From Microbulbifer sp. 2304DJ12-6 (GTDB lineage Bacteria > Pseudomonadota > Gammaproteobacteria > Pseudomonadales > Cellvibrionaceae), in the NCBI RefSeq assembly GCF_047289955.1, contig NZ_JBLBUB010000028.1, positions 1,851-65,850 of the forward strand: DNA of 64,000 nucleotides, read 5' to 3'. The position numbers and the translations under genes are program-made. Positions 1 through 10,658 of the stretch are shown piece after piece. How positions within the stretch are numbered: position 1 is the stretch's first letter; each line of letters begins with the position of its first letter. The notes beneath the pieces are model-generated. The model saw only the letters and a list, made by a program, of their open reading frames with translations, ran no database searches and was not told the origin of the DNA.

Positions 1-180
1 GTTGCGATCGAAAAAAGGAATCATCGAAGGCTCTGAATTTTGCTGTTTTTGTGGATTTATAGAGGTGTCCTTAAGATATGCACTTACAGGTTGAATCTGG
101 GACTAATAATAAATTATTATAAAATTTTATAGTTTTTATTTATGAACAGCGGGCCGTTTGGCCCGCTATTTAATGCTAAA

Positions 181-666
181 CTAAGATAGACAGGATATAA
201 AGCGCTTTACAGATTCGTTTTTTGGTTCTCTTCTAAAAAATATTGGGAGAAACCAAAAGTCAAAGGCAGAATACCTGCCTTTAGGAATCCAGGCTTTTAC
301 ACTGTCGTTTACTTCAATTAAACAAAAGGTAAAATTTAATACTCTAAATTCACATAGATATTTAATATTATTTTCCTGTTTGTGGTCTAGTAAAATAACA
401 TCAGTGCTATCTATTTCAACAGATACTAAATTTTTAAACAACCAAATGTCTATAATTAGATTGGCAGTCATAATAGCTAAAAGTACATATATGGCAGGGT
501 TTTCAAAAAGGTCAACTATTATTTCGACTTGGTGACCTATGGCTAAATTAAATAAATATATTGCAAGCATAATATATAAAATTAATAAAGCGCCCCCGAC
601 AGCTATATAAGCTATAAACTTATACAATAGTTCAGTCATTTTGCAAGATAACACGCTATTATTCAC
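181..666 (-). CDS. Small AT-rich membrane protein, putative immunity protein for the C-terminal toxin of the upstream Rhs protein
   Basis: 161-aa ORF 4 nt downstream of the Rhs stop on the same strand. Start is GTG at 666, with an alternative ATG near 640. Two or three predicted TM helices (LLYKFIAYIAVGGALLILYIMLAIYLF; IYVLLAIMTANLIIDIWLF). GC about 33% against about 55% for the Rhs body. Position and composition are typical of Rhs immunity genes. Confidence 0.45.
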   Translation of the reverse strand: MNNSVLSCKMTELLYKFIAYIAVGGALLILYIMLAIYLFNLAIGHQVEIIVDLFENPAIYVLLAIMTANLIIDIWLFKNLVSVEIDSTDVILLDHKQENNIKYLCEFRVLNFTFCLIEVNDSVKAWIPKGRYSAFDFWFLPIFFRREPKNESVKRFISCLS

Positions 667-670
667 GTTA

Positions 671-3600
671 TCACCATTTGGTTGTGGTTATATCCGCGTA
701 ATGTAAGCCAATCGGTAAACCGCCGCCTAAACCAGTAGTAACAATATGATCTGTAGGAGCAACTAAAAACCCGGGTTGAGTATTTGAAATAGTCACGTCA
801 AACACTTTATAGTTTCCGCCTATTTCCTGACTGTTACCAAAAAAAGATTCCGGGTTAAAAAAATTGGCTCCTTCGATTTGAATACCAAAATCAAGCCCGG
901 CAACACTTTCCGACCCATACGAGTAAAAACCGCTTTCATCAGTTATACCGTCACCGTCATAATCAATTTTATAGTACCCAATACCGCCAGCTTTTCCCCA
1001 AATACCAAATATAGCATCAAACCCAATACCAATAGCTATTCCATGGCCAGGACGCGCCCATGGATTGCGCGCCCCTGGAGTCCCCCAGGGCTGCCACCAT
1101 TTACGCTTGCTATTACCGCCGCAAGTGCCGCCGGCCGCTTGTATTTGTTGGCAATTAGCAGTTACTACGACTTCTTCTAGCTCCTGCCCCTGGTCATTAA
1201 GCTTATCCTTTGCTTCCTCAGTATCTTTATGTTTTTGAGCGCTCAGTGGGTTGCTAATACTGAGGCCTTCCCAACCAATACCACCCCAGTTATAGTCGCC
1301 ACCATTTCCGCCGAAAATGGAATTAGTCCATAACCACGAAAAATCCGGCTCAATATAATAGCCAGTAACCGATACCTCATCCATTATAAACCCGGTGGGG
1401 TCATTAGCGCTTAAGGGGTTGTTCATCACATAGCTATAACGGTTCCAGCTTTGGCTTAACGCCGGCGCCTGCACAATGGGATCAGGGCTCAAGAAACGCC
1501 CTAAAACGGGGTCATATATGCGCCCGTTCATGTGTATAAGGCCAGTTCTGTCTAACTGTTCATGGTTTGTAAAACCCCGGTTAGTACTAAGCCCCTGGGC
1601 GGCTAACAAGGCTTTTAAATCGGCGTTGCTAATCTCCCCGGACCAATCGCCGCTTTTGCGGCTGCCGTAGGGGTCATAGGCCAGTGCGCCTAATAATATA
1701 TTCCCGTCAGCGTCGGTTACTTTTTCAACAGAACCCAAGTGGTCTAAGTGCAAGTATTCAACCGTATTAACAGTTAACCCCGCATTGTCAGTAATGCTAA
1801 ATAGCAATATATCACCGTTCACCCTGGTTTTTTGTATACGTCTGTAATCTGGATCATTACCCGGTAAGAAGTCCTCATACCCGCCAACAATAAAGGTTTT
1901 GTCGGTCACTAATTGCTGTGCGCTTTCATCCCAATAGCTGCTTTCTCTGTAAAAGCGCTGGCCATCTGGGCCATAGTGGAAACGGTCGCGCGCTGTCGGA
2001 TTTTGCGTGGACTGGCTACTGCCTACAGTTATTTCTGTTGGCAGCTGCCGCGCGTTCCAGGTAATCCACTTATCATCACCGGTTGCCGCGTCATAGCGTA
2101 TAACCGCGCCGTTTTGGTTGTAGTGGAAGGTATAGCTAGTCCCGTCAATCGTGGCTGAGGTGGCCGCGTGGGTGCCTGCGTTGGTGTTTTGGCCGTACTG
2201 ATAGCCTGTTACCTGGGTATCACCGGCAACACTGCTGGTTTTACTTTGGATATTGCCCAACCTATCAAAAAGTGTTGTCAAAGTACGCCGGCTAGTGTTG
2301 TCTAACCATGTCTGCGCCGTTTCCAGCCGGTTGAGACCGTCATAGCTGAATTCCTCACGCTTGACCGTAGAACCGGCCCCGGATACCGTACGGCTTTCTA
2401 AAGTGCCGTTACTGCGCCAGCTATAGACGTTATTTTGCACTACCTGAGCGCCAGTAGAGGCGATACTTTCTAACCGCCCTGTATTGGGGTTATAGGCTCT
2501 GGTTGTGGCTATGCCGTTGCCGTAGCTTTCGCTTTGGGCTTGTCCTAGCGCGTTCATGCTATCGAAAGTCTTTAGCGTGTTGGCACCGTCTGTAAGCTTC
2601 TGGAGGTACCCCCGGCCGTTGTACTGGTAATGCACCGCCGCACCGTCAGGGCTTGTCACAGAAGCCAACCGGCCCCGGCTATCGTAGCTATACTCTTGTT
2701 GATAGGTGCGCACCAATCCGCCAGCCCGCAGCGTTGTATCAATGCTATCTAATTGGGCATCGGCGTTATAGCTGTTGACCTCTTTGAAAACTTCGTTACC
2801 GCCCCTGGTATAAATGCGGCTGCCCAACAGGCCTGCGCCGTTTATCGGGTCATAGGTCCATTCTGCTATTCCTTGGTCATCTTCCTTGAACCTCAAACGG
2901 CCTAATTTATCATAGCTATTGACTACAATTTGCCCGCTATTATTAGTAGAACTAATCAACTCGCCTAAAGCATTGTACATAGTGGAAATTAACCCGGTAT
3001 CCGGGGCTGTCATTGCACTTTGATAGCCGGCGGGGTCATAGTTCAAAATGGTTTTTGTTGAATTGTCGTTATCTACCACGGTAGAAGTTAATAAACCTGA
3101 GCCGTTGTAAGTGTATTTAGTGGCCACCCGTTCGGCTGTTCCTACACCTTCAATCGTTAGCGCTAGATCACCAAGGAAAGTTAAAGTATTTATTTTTATT
3201 TGTGTTTCTTGAAGCGCCCCTGCGCTGTTCAAAATGTCCTCCTCAATTCTAACCGTATAACTTCCATTGTTAGCGGGTGTATAGCTGGTGCGAACCTGGG
3301 AGCCATCCGGGCGGTCTAATTGGGTGATTCTATTTCTAATATCGAATTGATAAGTTGTTAGCGGTTTTTGATTGCCGACAAAATAAGGGGTAGTCTCTAA
3401 ATATTTGCGCCCCAGTGAATCATAATTAATCTCCTTTCTAATTGTATCCACCCCATCAAAGGCTTGTGTATCCTGTTGGATAGCCCGGCCTAAAATATCG
3501 TAATAAGTGGTACTGCTGGGGGTTATCGGTGAATCTAAAGTAACTTGATAGGCAGCCAGCTGGCCTCCATAAACAGGGCAAGAATCGGCTGTACAGAATT

Positions 3601-6600
3601 CCCGCGTTGTGCTGAATCCAACACCATTAGGATTGATGCGTTTTTTCTCTCTTCCAAAATTATCAAAATGTATTCTTGTGGTTTGCCCGTTTGCAGTGAT
3701 CGCTTTGACTTGATTGAAACGCTTATCATATTCAAGCGCTGTAATTTGTCCTAAAGCATTGGTTAAAGTGGTTGGAAAGCGTTTATCGATGTAATTATCT
3801 ATTGTCGATGTGCGCTCTTCTATGCCAGCGCCGGTAATGGTTTCTGACAAAATATTACCGCTATCATCATAACTATATTTTGTTGTTAACTCGTATTTTG
3901 CATTTTCTGGAAAGCGTGTGGATGTGGCTATTTTCATTGAATTTTGATAAGGGGTATACACCACATTTTGAACAATATCAGCCGCTTTACTTAGCGGACC
4001 GTTATGGTAGCTAACCTGTTCTGCCTCTTTAAAACTGAGCAACCAGTCAGCTGGCCTATTGTTATAGGTTATTATGTTCTCTATGCTGCGCCGTATTCCG
4101 GTAACAGAAACAGGTTGTACGTCACCCCAAAAATTCTGACCTGTCGGCGCGTTAGCGCTTAAAGCATAGCGGTCTGCTTTTACTAGATTTTGTATTAATT
4201 CTCCATCATTTCCATAGGCGGCTTTTTGCGGCGTATTTGTAGAAAACTTATAGCCTAGTGTTTGCCCGTTTTCTAAAATCCATTCTAAACTTTGTTTAAT
4301 ATAAACATATTTAGTAGAGTTTACTCCAATTGATAAATCTAAATTTCCGTAGCGTAATTGGCGCTTTGCCAGCATTTCACTACTAGCGGGGTAAAGCCCA
4401 ACGTATTGCATTTCACGCGCAACCCGCCCAATGAAGGGGTAATCTAAACGAAATTGGCGATAGGTAACAATATTAGCGCTACGGTCATGGATTCTTTGTG
4501 CTGAATAGCCCAAAAATCCACGTCTGTTTTTACTGACGTAACCGTTGCCTTGATAGGCATAGTTAGTTTTATGCCACCCGTCAACATTGCCATCAGAACG
4601 CCAAACCTCAGTAATTACAGTTTTGTAATTTCCATTAACGGCAGCCAGAGGGATTCCATTGCCTGGCGTTACGCTTTGGCCAAAAGGTTCTTCTGAAAAG
4701 AAGCCATCATTAGAATTAGCCCTCAGCATAGTATGAAAAAATTTGGTCTGTTCTCCTAATGAATCAGTGACCTTGGCAACCCCGGTGCTAAAATTAATTG
4801 GGTTGGCTTCTTCTGGTACGTGCCAGTCAAATGACATAGGGTTTAAGCATTGCTCATTAATTCCGTTTGCGTCAAATGCGCATTTTTGAACGTGCTTCAA
4901 CCTTCTATAGTCTTCTATTTCTCCTTCATCTTCAGAGATAAGTTTATATTTTCTAACTGGCTTATCGTCATACAGTACTTTTATATGATGCAGTAAAACC
5001 AATTGCTCTTGCTGTATTTCTTCAGAGTCTAGCGGCTGCGGTGGTGCATCGCTGCGCGTTCCATATTCAAACACTATGCGCGAATCTGAATTATTGCCAT
5101 AGGTAATTTCTAGTGGGTAATTTATCCCCTCTACCGTATCGCGATGATATTTGTATTCAATAATGTTACCAAAAGTATCCGTTTCTTTGTTTAAAGTCCA
5201 GCCGAAATACACAGATTTACCAACTCTTAACCGGCTATCATTGGTTTTGCCATATTCTTGTATTGTGCCGTCTGGTGTTTCAACTTGAAACCATAAACCG
5301 CGATCATATTTTATAGTTATTTTGTGAAAACTATCCTTAGCGGTTCGGTAAGTACTGCCACTTGCCCATTGATCACCATTAACCAAAATAAGAGGCTCGC
5401 CATTTAGACAAATAGAATCGTCAAGGGTCAATTCTATTTTGTCTGTATTAGGCCGGCCTACCACACAACGACGTATAGAGCCAAAACCACCGATTTTCCA
5501 ACCATAGCCTAAATAATCCTCCGGCAAAGATTCATTTTTTCGTTTCCTAAAGCGTGCTCCGGAATAGGTAATATTTACAGCTGGGGTAAAATCATTAACC
5601 CCTGGTGCGACTTCTACAGGTATTTTTATAACCGCGTCGCCGGTCCTGGTGACGTTGGTTGTATATGCCATTTTTCCGGGAATGGTAGCGGTAGCTAGAC
5701 TTACCGCTGGCGCTATGCCGTCCAGGTTATGCACTTTAACCCAGTCGCTAGTTTTCCAGCCCGTGCAGGAACCGTCGTTACAGGCTTTCACCCGGTACTT
5801 GTATTTGTCGGCAAGATGGCCGCGCGCTTCATAGGTTTTAGCGGTCGCATTGTTTAACTGCACAGTGTGCCAGCCGTCATCGCCGCAGGCTTCGACGCCG
5901 GTTTTACAGTAGCGCTGTAACTCGTAAGCGGTAACACCGCCTGAAGCATTCCAACTTATATCATAGTCGCCAAACTCGCTAGATTCTGGCGTACTTATGG
6001 TAACGCCACTTGGAGTAGGTAGCGGGATATTGACAGAAACGGTTTTATAGTTTGCTGCAGGCGTCCAAGGCCCCCAGCCTGCGGCATTTTCAGCTCGAGC
6101 CCTAAACTTGAAAGTACCAGAGGTGCCCAAGGGCAAGCTAACTGGGTGGGTGGTTGTTGTGCCTGTATTGTCATCGCCACAATTATTGAACGTAAAGCCA
6201 GCGCCGTCTTTGTCGCACTGAATTTGATATTTGGTGATTGGATCAAAAACGCCAGGGGGTGCGCTCCAAGCTACTTGAAAATCACTGCTTTGCGTGCCAC
6301 CGCTAGGCTGTGTAAAATTTGTGATAGCGTCGGGTTTGCGGTTTACGTTAATATAGCTACTGTATTGCCAGTCACTATATTTAAAGTGGCTTTTTACTTT
6401 GATATAAGATCTTACCCTATACCTATATTTCCCGTTAGAAATGGTCCCAGAATCGGGCACGCGGATAGTTCTTTTATTTCTATCTGCCGCAGAGTAGATT
6501 TGCGACCATGAACCCGAAGTACTGGTGCAGGTTCCGGCGCATTGTTGGACTTGATACCCCGTGAAATTCGGTGTTGCTTGAGAAGCGCCCCAGCTTAAGC

Positions 6601-7063
6601 TAAACACCCCATTTCTGTCTGTGCCGCCTTCAATGTTACTAAAGCTGGTTGCGCCGGTTTTATTGGGTTTGCGCAATACTATTAATTCATTGGAATAAAC
6701 CCAGTTATAGCTGCTGTGGCCGCTACCGGCGTAATAATGTTGAACTCTATATTTATAAGCCGCAGACGCAGCATTGCTAATATTTATAGTATTGCTGCCG
6801 GGCAAACCGTTTGTATAATAAACATAGTTTGAGCCGTTGGTGCTAACCTGCACGTCTATTTCACTGCAAGCCGTGTAATAAATGTTGTTCAGAAAAAATT
6901 TTAAGGCGTAGTTTCCGTCTGAATCATTAGTTGGAAGTTCAACACTGCTAATTTTAGGTGCATTTCCTGTGCAGTTTGGTTCCGGGTCTTTTGGTCGTGC
7001 GTGGGCGGTACTCGTTATAAAACTGATAAGCAGTATTAATAAAATCAAAAATCTATTAAACAT
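671..7063 (-). CDS. Rhs/YD-repeat family toxin, 2130 aa. Sec signal peptide, FN3-like array, SpvB/TcdB-type domain, RHS shell, conserved core, variable C-terminal toxin domain
   Basis: N-terminal signal peptide MFNRFLILLILLISFITSTAHA. Repeated approximately 90-aa beta-sandwich modules with conserved W/Y-Y-R-V patterns (FN3-like). An SpvB-like motif YLGYGWKIGGFGSIRRCV...ICLNGEPLILV. Many YD repeats (YDxxGR..). An Rhs core IYDPVLGRFLSPDP...NRYSYVMNNPLSANDPTGF, encoded at about nt 1390-1520. Beyond it lies an unrelated Gly-rich C-terminal domain of about 239 aa (nt 671-1387) that ends the ORF. Confidence 0.9.
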   Translation of the reverse strand: MFNRFLILLILLISFITSTAHARPKDPEPNCTGNAPKISSVELPTNDSDGNYALKFFLNNIYYTACSEIDVQVSTNGSNYVYYTNGLPGSNTINISNAASAAYKYRVQHYYAGSGHSSYNWVYSNELIVLRKPNKTGATSFSNIEGGTDRNGVFSLSWGASQATPNFTGYQVQQCAGTCTSTSGSWSQIYSAADRNKRTIRVPDSGTISNGKYRYRVRSYIKVKSHFKYSDWQYSSYINVNRKPDAITNFTQPSGGTQSSDFQVAWSAPPGVFDPITKYQIQCDKDGAGFTFNNCGDDNTGTTTTHPVSLPLGTSGTFKFRARAENAAGWGPWTPAANYKTVSVNIPLPTPSGVTISTPESSEFGDYDISWNASGGVTAYELQRYCKTGVEACGDDGWHTVQLNNATAKTYEARGHLADKYKYRVKACNDGSCTGWKTSDWVKVHNLDGIAPAVSLATATIPGKMAYTTNVTRTGDAVIKIPVEVAPGVNDFTPAVNITYSGARFRKRKNESLPEDYLGYGWKIGGFGSIRRCVVGRPNTDKIELTLDDSICLNGEPLILVNGDQWASGSTYRTAKDSFHKITIKYDRGLWFQVETPDGTIQEYGKTNDSRLRVGKSVYFGWTLNKETDTFGNIIEYKYHRDTVEGINYPLEITYGNNSDSRIVFEYGTRSDAPPQPLDSEEIQQEQLVLLHHIKVLYDDKPVRKYKLISEDEGEIEDYRRLKHVQKCAFDANGINEQCLNPMSFDWHVPEEANPINFSTGVAKVTDSLGEQTKFFHTMLRANSNDGFFSEEPFGQSVTPGNGIPLAAVNGNYKTVITEVWRSDGNVDGWHKTNYAYQGNGYVSKNRRGFLGYSAQRIHDRSANIVTYRQFRLDYPFIGRVAREMQYVGLYPASSEMLAKRQLRYGNLDLSIGVNSTKYVYIKQSLEWILENGQTLGYKFSTNTPQKAAYGNDGELIQNLVKADRYALSANAPTGQNFWGDVQPVSVTGIRRSIENIITYNNRPADWLLSFKEAEQVSYHNGPLSKAADIVQNVVYTPYQNSMKIATSTRFPENAKYELTTKYSYDDSGNILSETITGAGIEERTSTIDNYIDKRFPTTLTNALGQITALEYDKRFNQVKAITANGQTTRIHFDNFGREKKRINPNGVGFSTTREFCTADSCPVYGGQLAAYQVTLDSPITPSSTTYYDILGRAIQQDTQAFDGVDTIRKEINYDSLGRKYLETTPYFVGNQKPLTTYQFDIRNRITQLDRPDGSQVRTSYTPANNGSYTVRIEEDILNSAGALQETQIKINTLTFLGDLALTIEGVGTAERVATKYTYNGSGLLTSTVVDNDNSTKTILNYDPAGYQSAMTAPDTGLISTMYNALGELISSTNNSGQIVVNSYDKLGRLRFKEDDQGIAEWTYDPINGAGLLGSRIYTRGGNEVFKEVNSYNADAQLDSIDTTLRAGGLVRTYQQEYSYDSRGRLASVTSPDGAAVHYQYNGRGYLQKLTDGANTLKTFDSMNALGQAQSESYGNGIATTRAYNPNTGRLESIASTGAQVVQNNVYSWRSNGTLESRTVSGAGSTVKREEFSYDGLNRLETAQTWLDNTSRRTLTTLFDRLGNIQSKTSSVAGDTQVTGYQYGQNTNAGTHAATSATIDGTSYTFHYNQNGAVIRYDAATGDDKWITWNARQLPTEITVGSSQSTQNPTARDRFHYGPDGQRFYRESSYWDESAQQLVTDKTFIVGGYEDFLPGNDPDYRRIQKTRVNGDILLFSITDNAGLTVNTVEYLHLDHLGSVEKVTDADGNILLGALAYDPYGSRKSGDWSGEISNADLKALLAAQGLSTNRGFTNHEQLDRTGLIHMNGRIYDPVLGRFLSPDPIVQAPALSQSWNRYSYVMNNPLSANDPTGFIMDEVSVTGYYIEPDFSWLWTNSIFGGNGGDYNWGGIGWEGLSISNPLSAQKHKDTEEAKDKLNDQGQELEEVVVTANCQQIQAAGGTCGGNSKRKWWQPWGTPGARNPWARPGHGIAIGIGFDAIFGIWGKAGGIGYYKIDYDGDGITDESGFYSYGSESVAGLDFGIQIEGANFFNPESFFGNSQEIGGNYKVFDVTISNTQPGFLVAPTDHIVTTGLGGGLPIGLHYADITTTKW

Positions 7064-7553
7064 TATTTTAAATCCATTGTTATAAAATTAAAGAAAGAAA
7101 TATTTATCTATATAATATCCCTCATTTTTTGTTTTCCGTAAGTGTCAATCTGAATTTTTATGCACACATTTGGATTCTGTCCTGCACCTTTGGGGATGGA
7201 AAATCTGCAAATATAGCATCTATAAAAAACCAGTTCCGAGCTGAATTGACATGCTTTAATGTGCGCGCAAGCATAGAAAATATAACTTTATAATTTGTTT
7301 TTAGTGTCCTGCGATTATGAATCAGCAAAGGTTAGTCAAAAGCGTCTAACTTGACGGTAAAAGTTACAATAAGTTTTCTTTTGTTCTTCTTGTTTCGATT
7401 CAATTAAACTATATTCTGATAGATATCCTTTAAATAATATCTGTGTAGAAATAGTTTTCTGTATTTTCCCGGCCACTAGGAGACTGGAAACTATAAACAA
7501 CAAAATTATGTTTTTGTAAAGTAGAATTCTCAAATACTATAGATATATTTCCC

Positions 7554-10500
7554 TCAAGCCACGGCATTGACATTCAATATTCTTTGTCTTTCTTTGAGCC
7601 TGAGAGTGCTCCGACTAAGATTAAATACCGGAAGCGACAACAAGGCTGACATAAAGCTCAGCACCAGCAGAGCGGCAAACACCATACCGCCGGTAATCAC
7701 GGTTGCAAGACCACGGTAGATGGCTGCGCTGTCACCGGGGCTCAGGACGAGAGGTAAGTTACCGAATATACACGTCATGGTAGTCAGCATTATCGGGCGA
7801 ATACGCAAATTAACTGCATTCTTAATCGCATCGAACTGGTTTGCCCCCCCGTTCATGGCTGCCTGAAATTGACTTACTAAAAGAATCGAATTGTTTACCA
7901 CAAGCCCCATCAGGATAACAAATCCAATCATCGTAATTACATCCAGGTTCTGCGGTACAAAAAAGTTGAGTAAATTAAGGCTTAGCATGCCCCCGAGGAA
8001 AGACAATGGTATTGCTAGCAGTACAGCTACTGCTAACTTAATTGACCCCAAAGTGAAAGACAGGAGCATCGCCAGAATCACCAGGGCTGCAAGAAATATA
8101 TACAAAAATTCCTGGAGAAATAGCTTGAGCTCATTGGCACTGCCTCGGAACTGTACGTGCAGGTCGCTGTATTCACCTTCTTTCATAAATCTATCGACGC
8201 TTTGGCTGACGCTATCCACGAAATCTTTCATAGCAATATCTGGAGGGGGCGTCAGATTTAGGGAGGCGCTGACATCCCGATCAATGCGGAGTATGGTGTC
8301 TGGCGTCAGAGTAATTCTCACATCGGTCAATTGTCGCAGAGGAACGAGACCGTGCCCGTTTATCATTATCTCCGAATCAAGAAGTTGTTCCAGATCCACG
8401 GGATCTTTAGATTTTAAATAGAATGGAAGCGTGTTGGTGCCCGTATAGAAGTTTCCCAAATAAATCCCGTCAGTTAGTGCAACAAGATGATGATTGAATT
8501 CGGAAAGGCTCATTCCGAAAAATATTAACTGCTCCTGATCAGGTTGAAATTCAATTCGCACTCCACGGTCACTCAAGGCCGTACCCTCCAGAATCTGGGC
8601 CTTTGGGAACTCAGATCGGAGTTGGTAGAGTAATTCGCGTCCCGCGGATTGAAGGATCGGAAGTTCTGACCCTTTGATATCGAGCTGGCTTATGCGGCTG
8701 TTGGGCATTGCAAATTGCAGCAATCGGCCTTGACTGGTGAATATTCTAGTTCCGGCGAAGCCATGCACGATGTCCTTTTCGATCCAGTTTTTGAAATCAT
8801 TAAAATTCCAATCCTCATGAGTGTAAAAGTAGAGATTGCACATCATTGGGTAGCACATGATTCCATAGGTGTAAAACTGTAAATTATGGGTATCCTTCTT
8901 GCGTTCGATCCGATCCAAAATCACCCTGGCGACCTCTTCTTCGACGACATCCATGGCCATGGGCGTTTCAAAATTAATAGACGTGGAAATCATGGCTTGC
9001 TTGGGCTCCGGCAATACGTCGATAGGTGGCGCAGCAAGGTAAGTAACGAAAAGGGCGACTGGTAAACCGAGAGCTAGCGTTATGCATGCCCACCGGGAGC
9101 GAGTTGCTGGTAATACCGACAACCTGGCTACTTGGGATAGGATTCGATTAGAATTTCCACCTGTGATCTGCAATTTCATCGGCGATATTTCTTTTAAAAA
9201 ATACCTGGCCATTGCGGGGAGGAGAACCAAGGAGAAAACCAATGAAGCTAAGAGCGCACTAGAGATTGTGTAGGCGAGATCCTTAAATAGTTGCCCCGTC
9301 GGCGATTGCATGGCAAGGATTGGAAGAAATACGATAACACTGGAGATAGTCGAGGAGATCAATGCGGTGGTGACCTCCTGTGTACCCCGACGAATACTCA
9401 AGGAGAGCCCTAGTCCCTCTCCGTGAAGGCGCCGAATGTTTTCGATCACGATGATGGCTGCATCAACCAACAAGCCGATCGACAACGCTATTCCGGCCAG
9501 CGAGATTACGTTCATGCTTCTCTCGCCCGCATACATTCCAAGGACAACAAGTGCGATACAGACTGGCATACTCACAAAAATCAAGGCTAACACCCGCAAG
9601 TCACGCAAGAACCAGTAAAGGACAATGCAAGCGAGGAGAGCACCCATCACCAGACTTCCATACACAAGGTTAAGAGAGTCCAAGATGCTCTTCGAGTCGT
9701 CGCGGCTAATGGAAATTTCCATCCCCAACTTTGACAAGTCGTCATCATTCAGGTCCGTGATCACCTGTTTGATGCTGTCGATGGTGTTTAGAACGTTGAT
9801 GTTTTCGGTTGGCTGTAAATAGAAATAGAATGAACGGTTGCCCTCGAGTGCAAAGAAACTCCAATCGGAGACGACTCGGGTATGCACAGATGCAATGTCG
9901 CCCAAATGGATTATATGCGGACCACTGGTGGCGATAGGTAAGTCATTCATTTGCTCAAGCGGAACCTGTCCTTTGAAGTGCAAACCGTATTCTCTTGACC
10001 CGATTGTTAGAGTGCCACCGGAGCGATCCATAAGATCCTGAAGGCGGGCTTGCACGTCATCGATGGTCAGTGAATGGCTGGCGAGCTTGCTGGGATCGAA
10101 TTCGATATCGACACGTTGTTCCATGGGTGTACCGGCGACCACAACCGAGGCCACACCGGGAATTTTACTGAATGCAGGGTGAACATGAGTCCGAAACGCC
10201 TGGATGAGTTCAGCTTTGCTGGCCGAAGTCTTCGAGTAGAGAAAAAAGCTAGCGAGTGTAGCTCCGGCACCGTTGCTATAGTTAAAAACGCGAGGCAGCG
10301 GAACCTGGGGCGGCCAATTTGGAACCTGATTGATACGGGAGAGTGTATCAATGTACATCTTCTCCATGTTGGCATTGGGGTGGAAGGTCAATGTGGTCCA
10401 TGCGAAACCGTTATTAACATTTGTCTGTACTTCTTTCAGATAGCCGAGTGTGGACAGTTCCTGTTCCAGAGGGGCAACTAACGCTTGCTCTATTTCGGTT

Positions 10501-10658
10501 GCTGTCTTGCTAGGCCATGAGGTTGCGAGGGAAATTTGTGGGCGATCAATGACCGGCAACAAGGAGTTGGGTAGTTTTAGGCCAGCGATAACACCCAGGA
10601 CGACCAACAAGAAGCCGCAGCTTATAATTGCCGAACTGTAGTTCTCTATGAATTTCAT
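7554..10658 (-). CDS. RND family efflux transporter, inner-membrane permease (AcrB/HAE1-like)
   Basis: 1034-aa ORF with the 12-TM pseudo-repeat architecture. Conserved segments include GIALSIGLLVDAAIIVIENIRR and ALVILAMLLSFTLGS. Overlaps the upstream adaptor gene by 4 nt. Confidence 0.9.
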   Translation of the reverse strand: MKFIENYSSAIISCGFLLVVLGVIAGLKLPNSLLPVIDRPQISLATSWPSKTATEIEQALVAPLEQELSTLGYLKEVQTNVNNGFAWTTLTFHPNANMEKMYIDTLSRINQVPNWPPQVPLPRVFNYSNGAGATLASFFLYSKTSASKAELIQAFRTHVHPAFSKIPGVASVVVAGTPMEQRVDIEFDPSKLASHSLTIDDVQARLQDLMDRSGGTLTIGSREYGLHFKGQVPLEQMNDLPIATSGPHIIHLGDIASVHTRVVSDWSFFALEGNRSFYFYLQPTENINVLNTIDSIKQVITDLNDDDLSKLGMEISISRDDSKSILDSLNLVYGSLVMGALLACIVLYWFLRDLRVLALIFVSMPVCIALVVLGMYAGERSMNVISLAGIALSIGLLVDAAIIVIENIRRLHGEGLGLSLSIRRGTQEVTTALISSTISSVIVFLPILAMQSPTGQLFKDLAYTISSALLASLVFSLVLLPAMARYFLKEISPMKLQITGGNSNRILSQVARLSVLPATRSRWACITLALGLPVALFVTYLAAPPIDVLPEPKQAMISTSINFETPMAMDVVEEEVARVILDRIERKKDTHNLQFYTYGIMCYPMMCNLYFYTHEDWNFNDFKNWIEKDIVHGFAGTRIFTSQGRLLQFAMPNSRISQLDIKGSELPILQSAGRELLYQLRSEFPKAQILEGTALSDRGVRIEFQPDQEQLIFFGMSLSEFNHHLVALTDGIYLGNFYTGTNTLPFYLKSKDPVDLEQLLDSEIMINGHGLVPLRQLTDVRITLTPDTILRIDRDVSASLNLTPPPDIAMKDFVDSVSQSVDRFMKEGEYSDLHVQFRGSANELKLFLQEFLYIFLAALVILAMLLSFTLGSIKLAVAVLLAIPLSFLGGMLSLNLLNFFVPQNLDVITMIGFVILMGLVVNNSILLVSQFQAAMNGGANQFDAIKNAVNLRIRPIMLTTMTCIFGNLPLVLSPGDSAAIYRGLATVITGGMVFAALLVLSFMSALLSLPVFNLSRSTLRLKERQRILNVNAVA

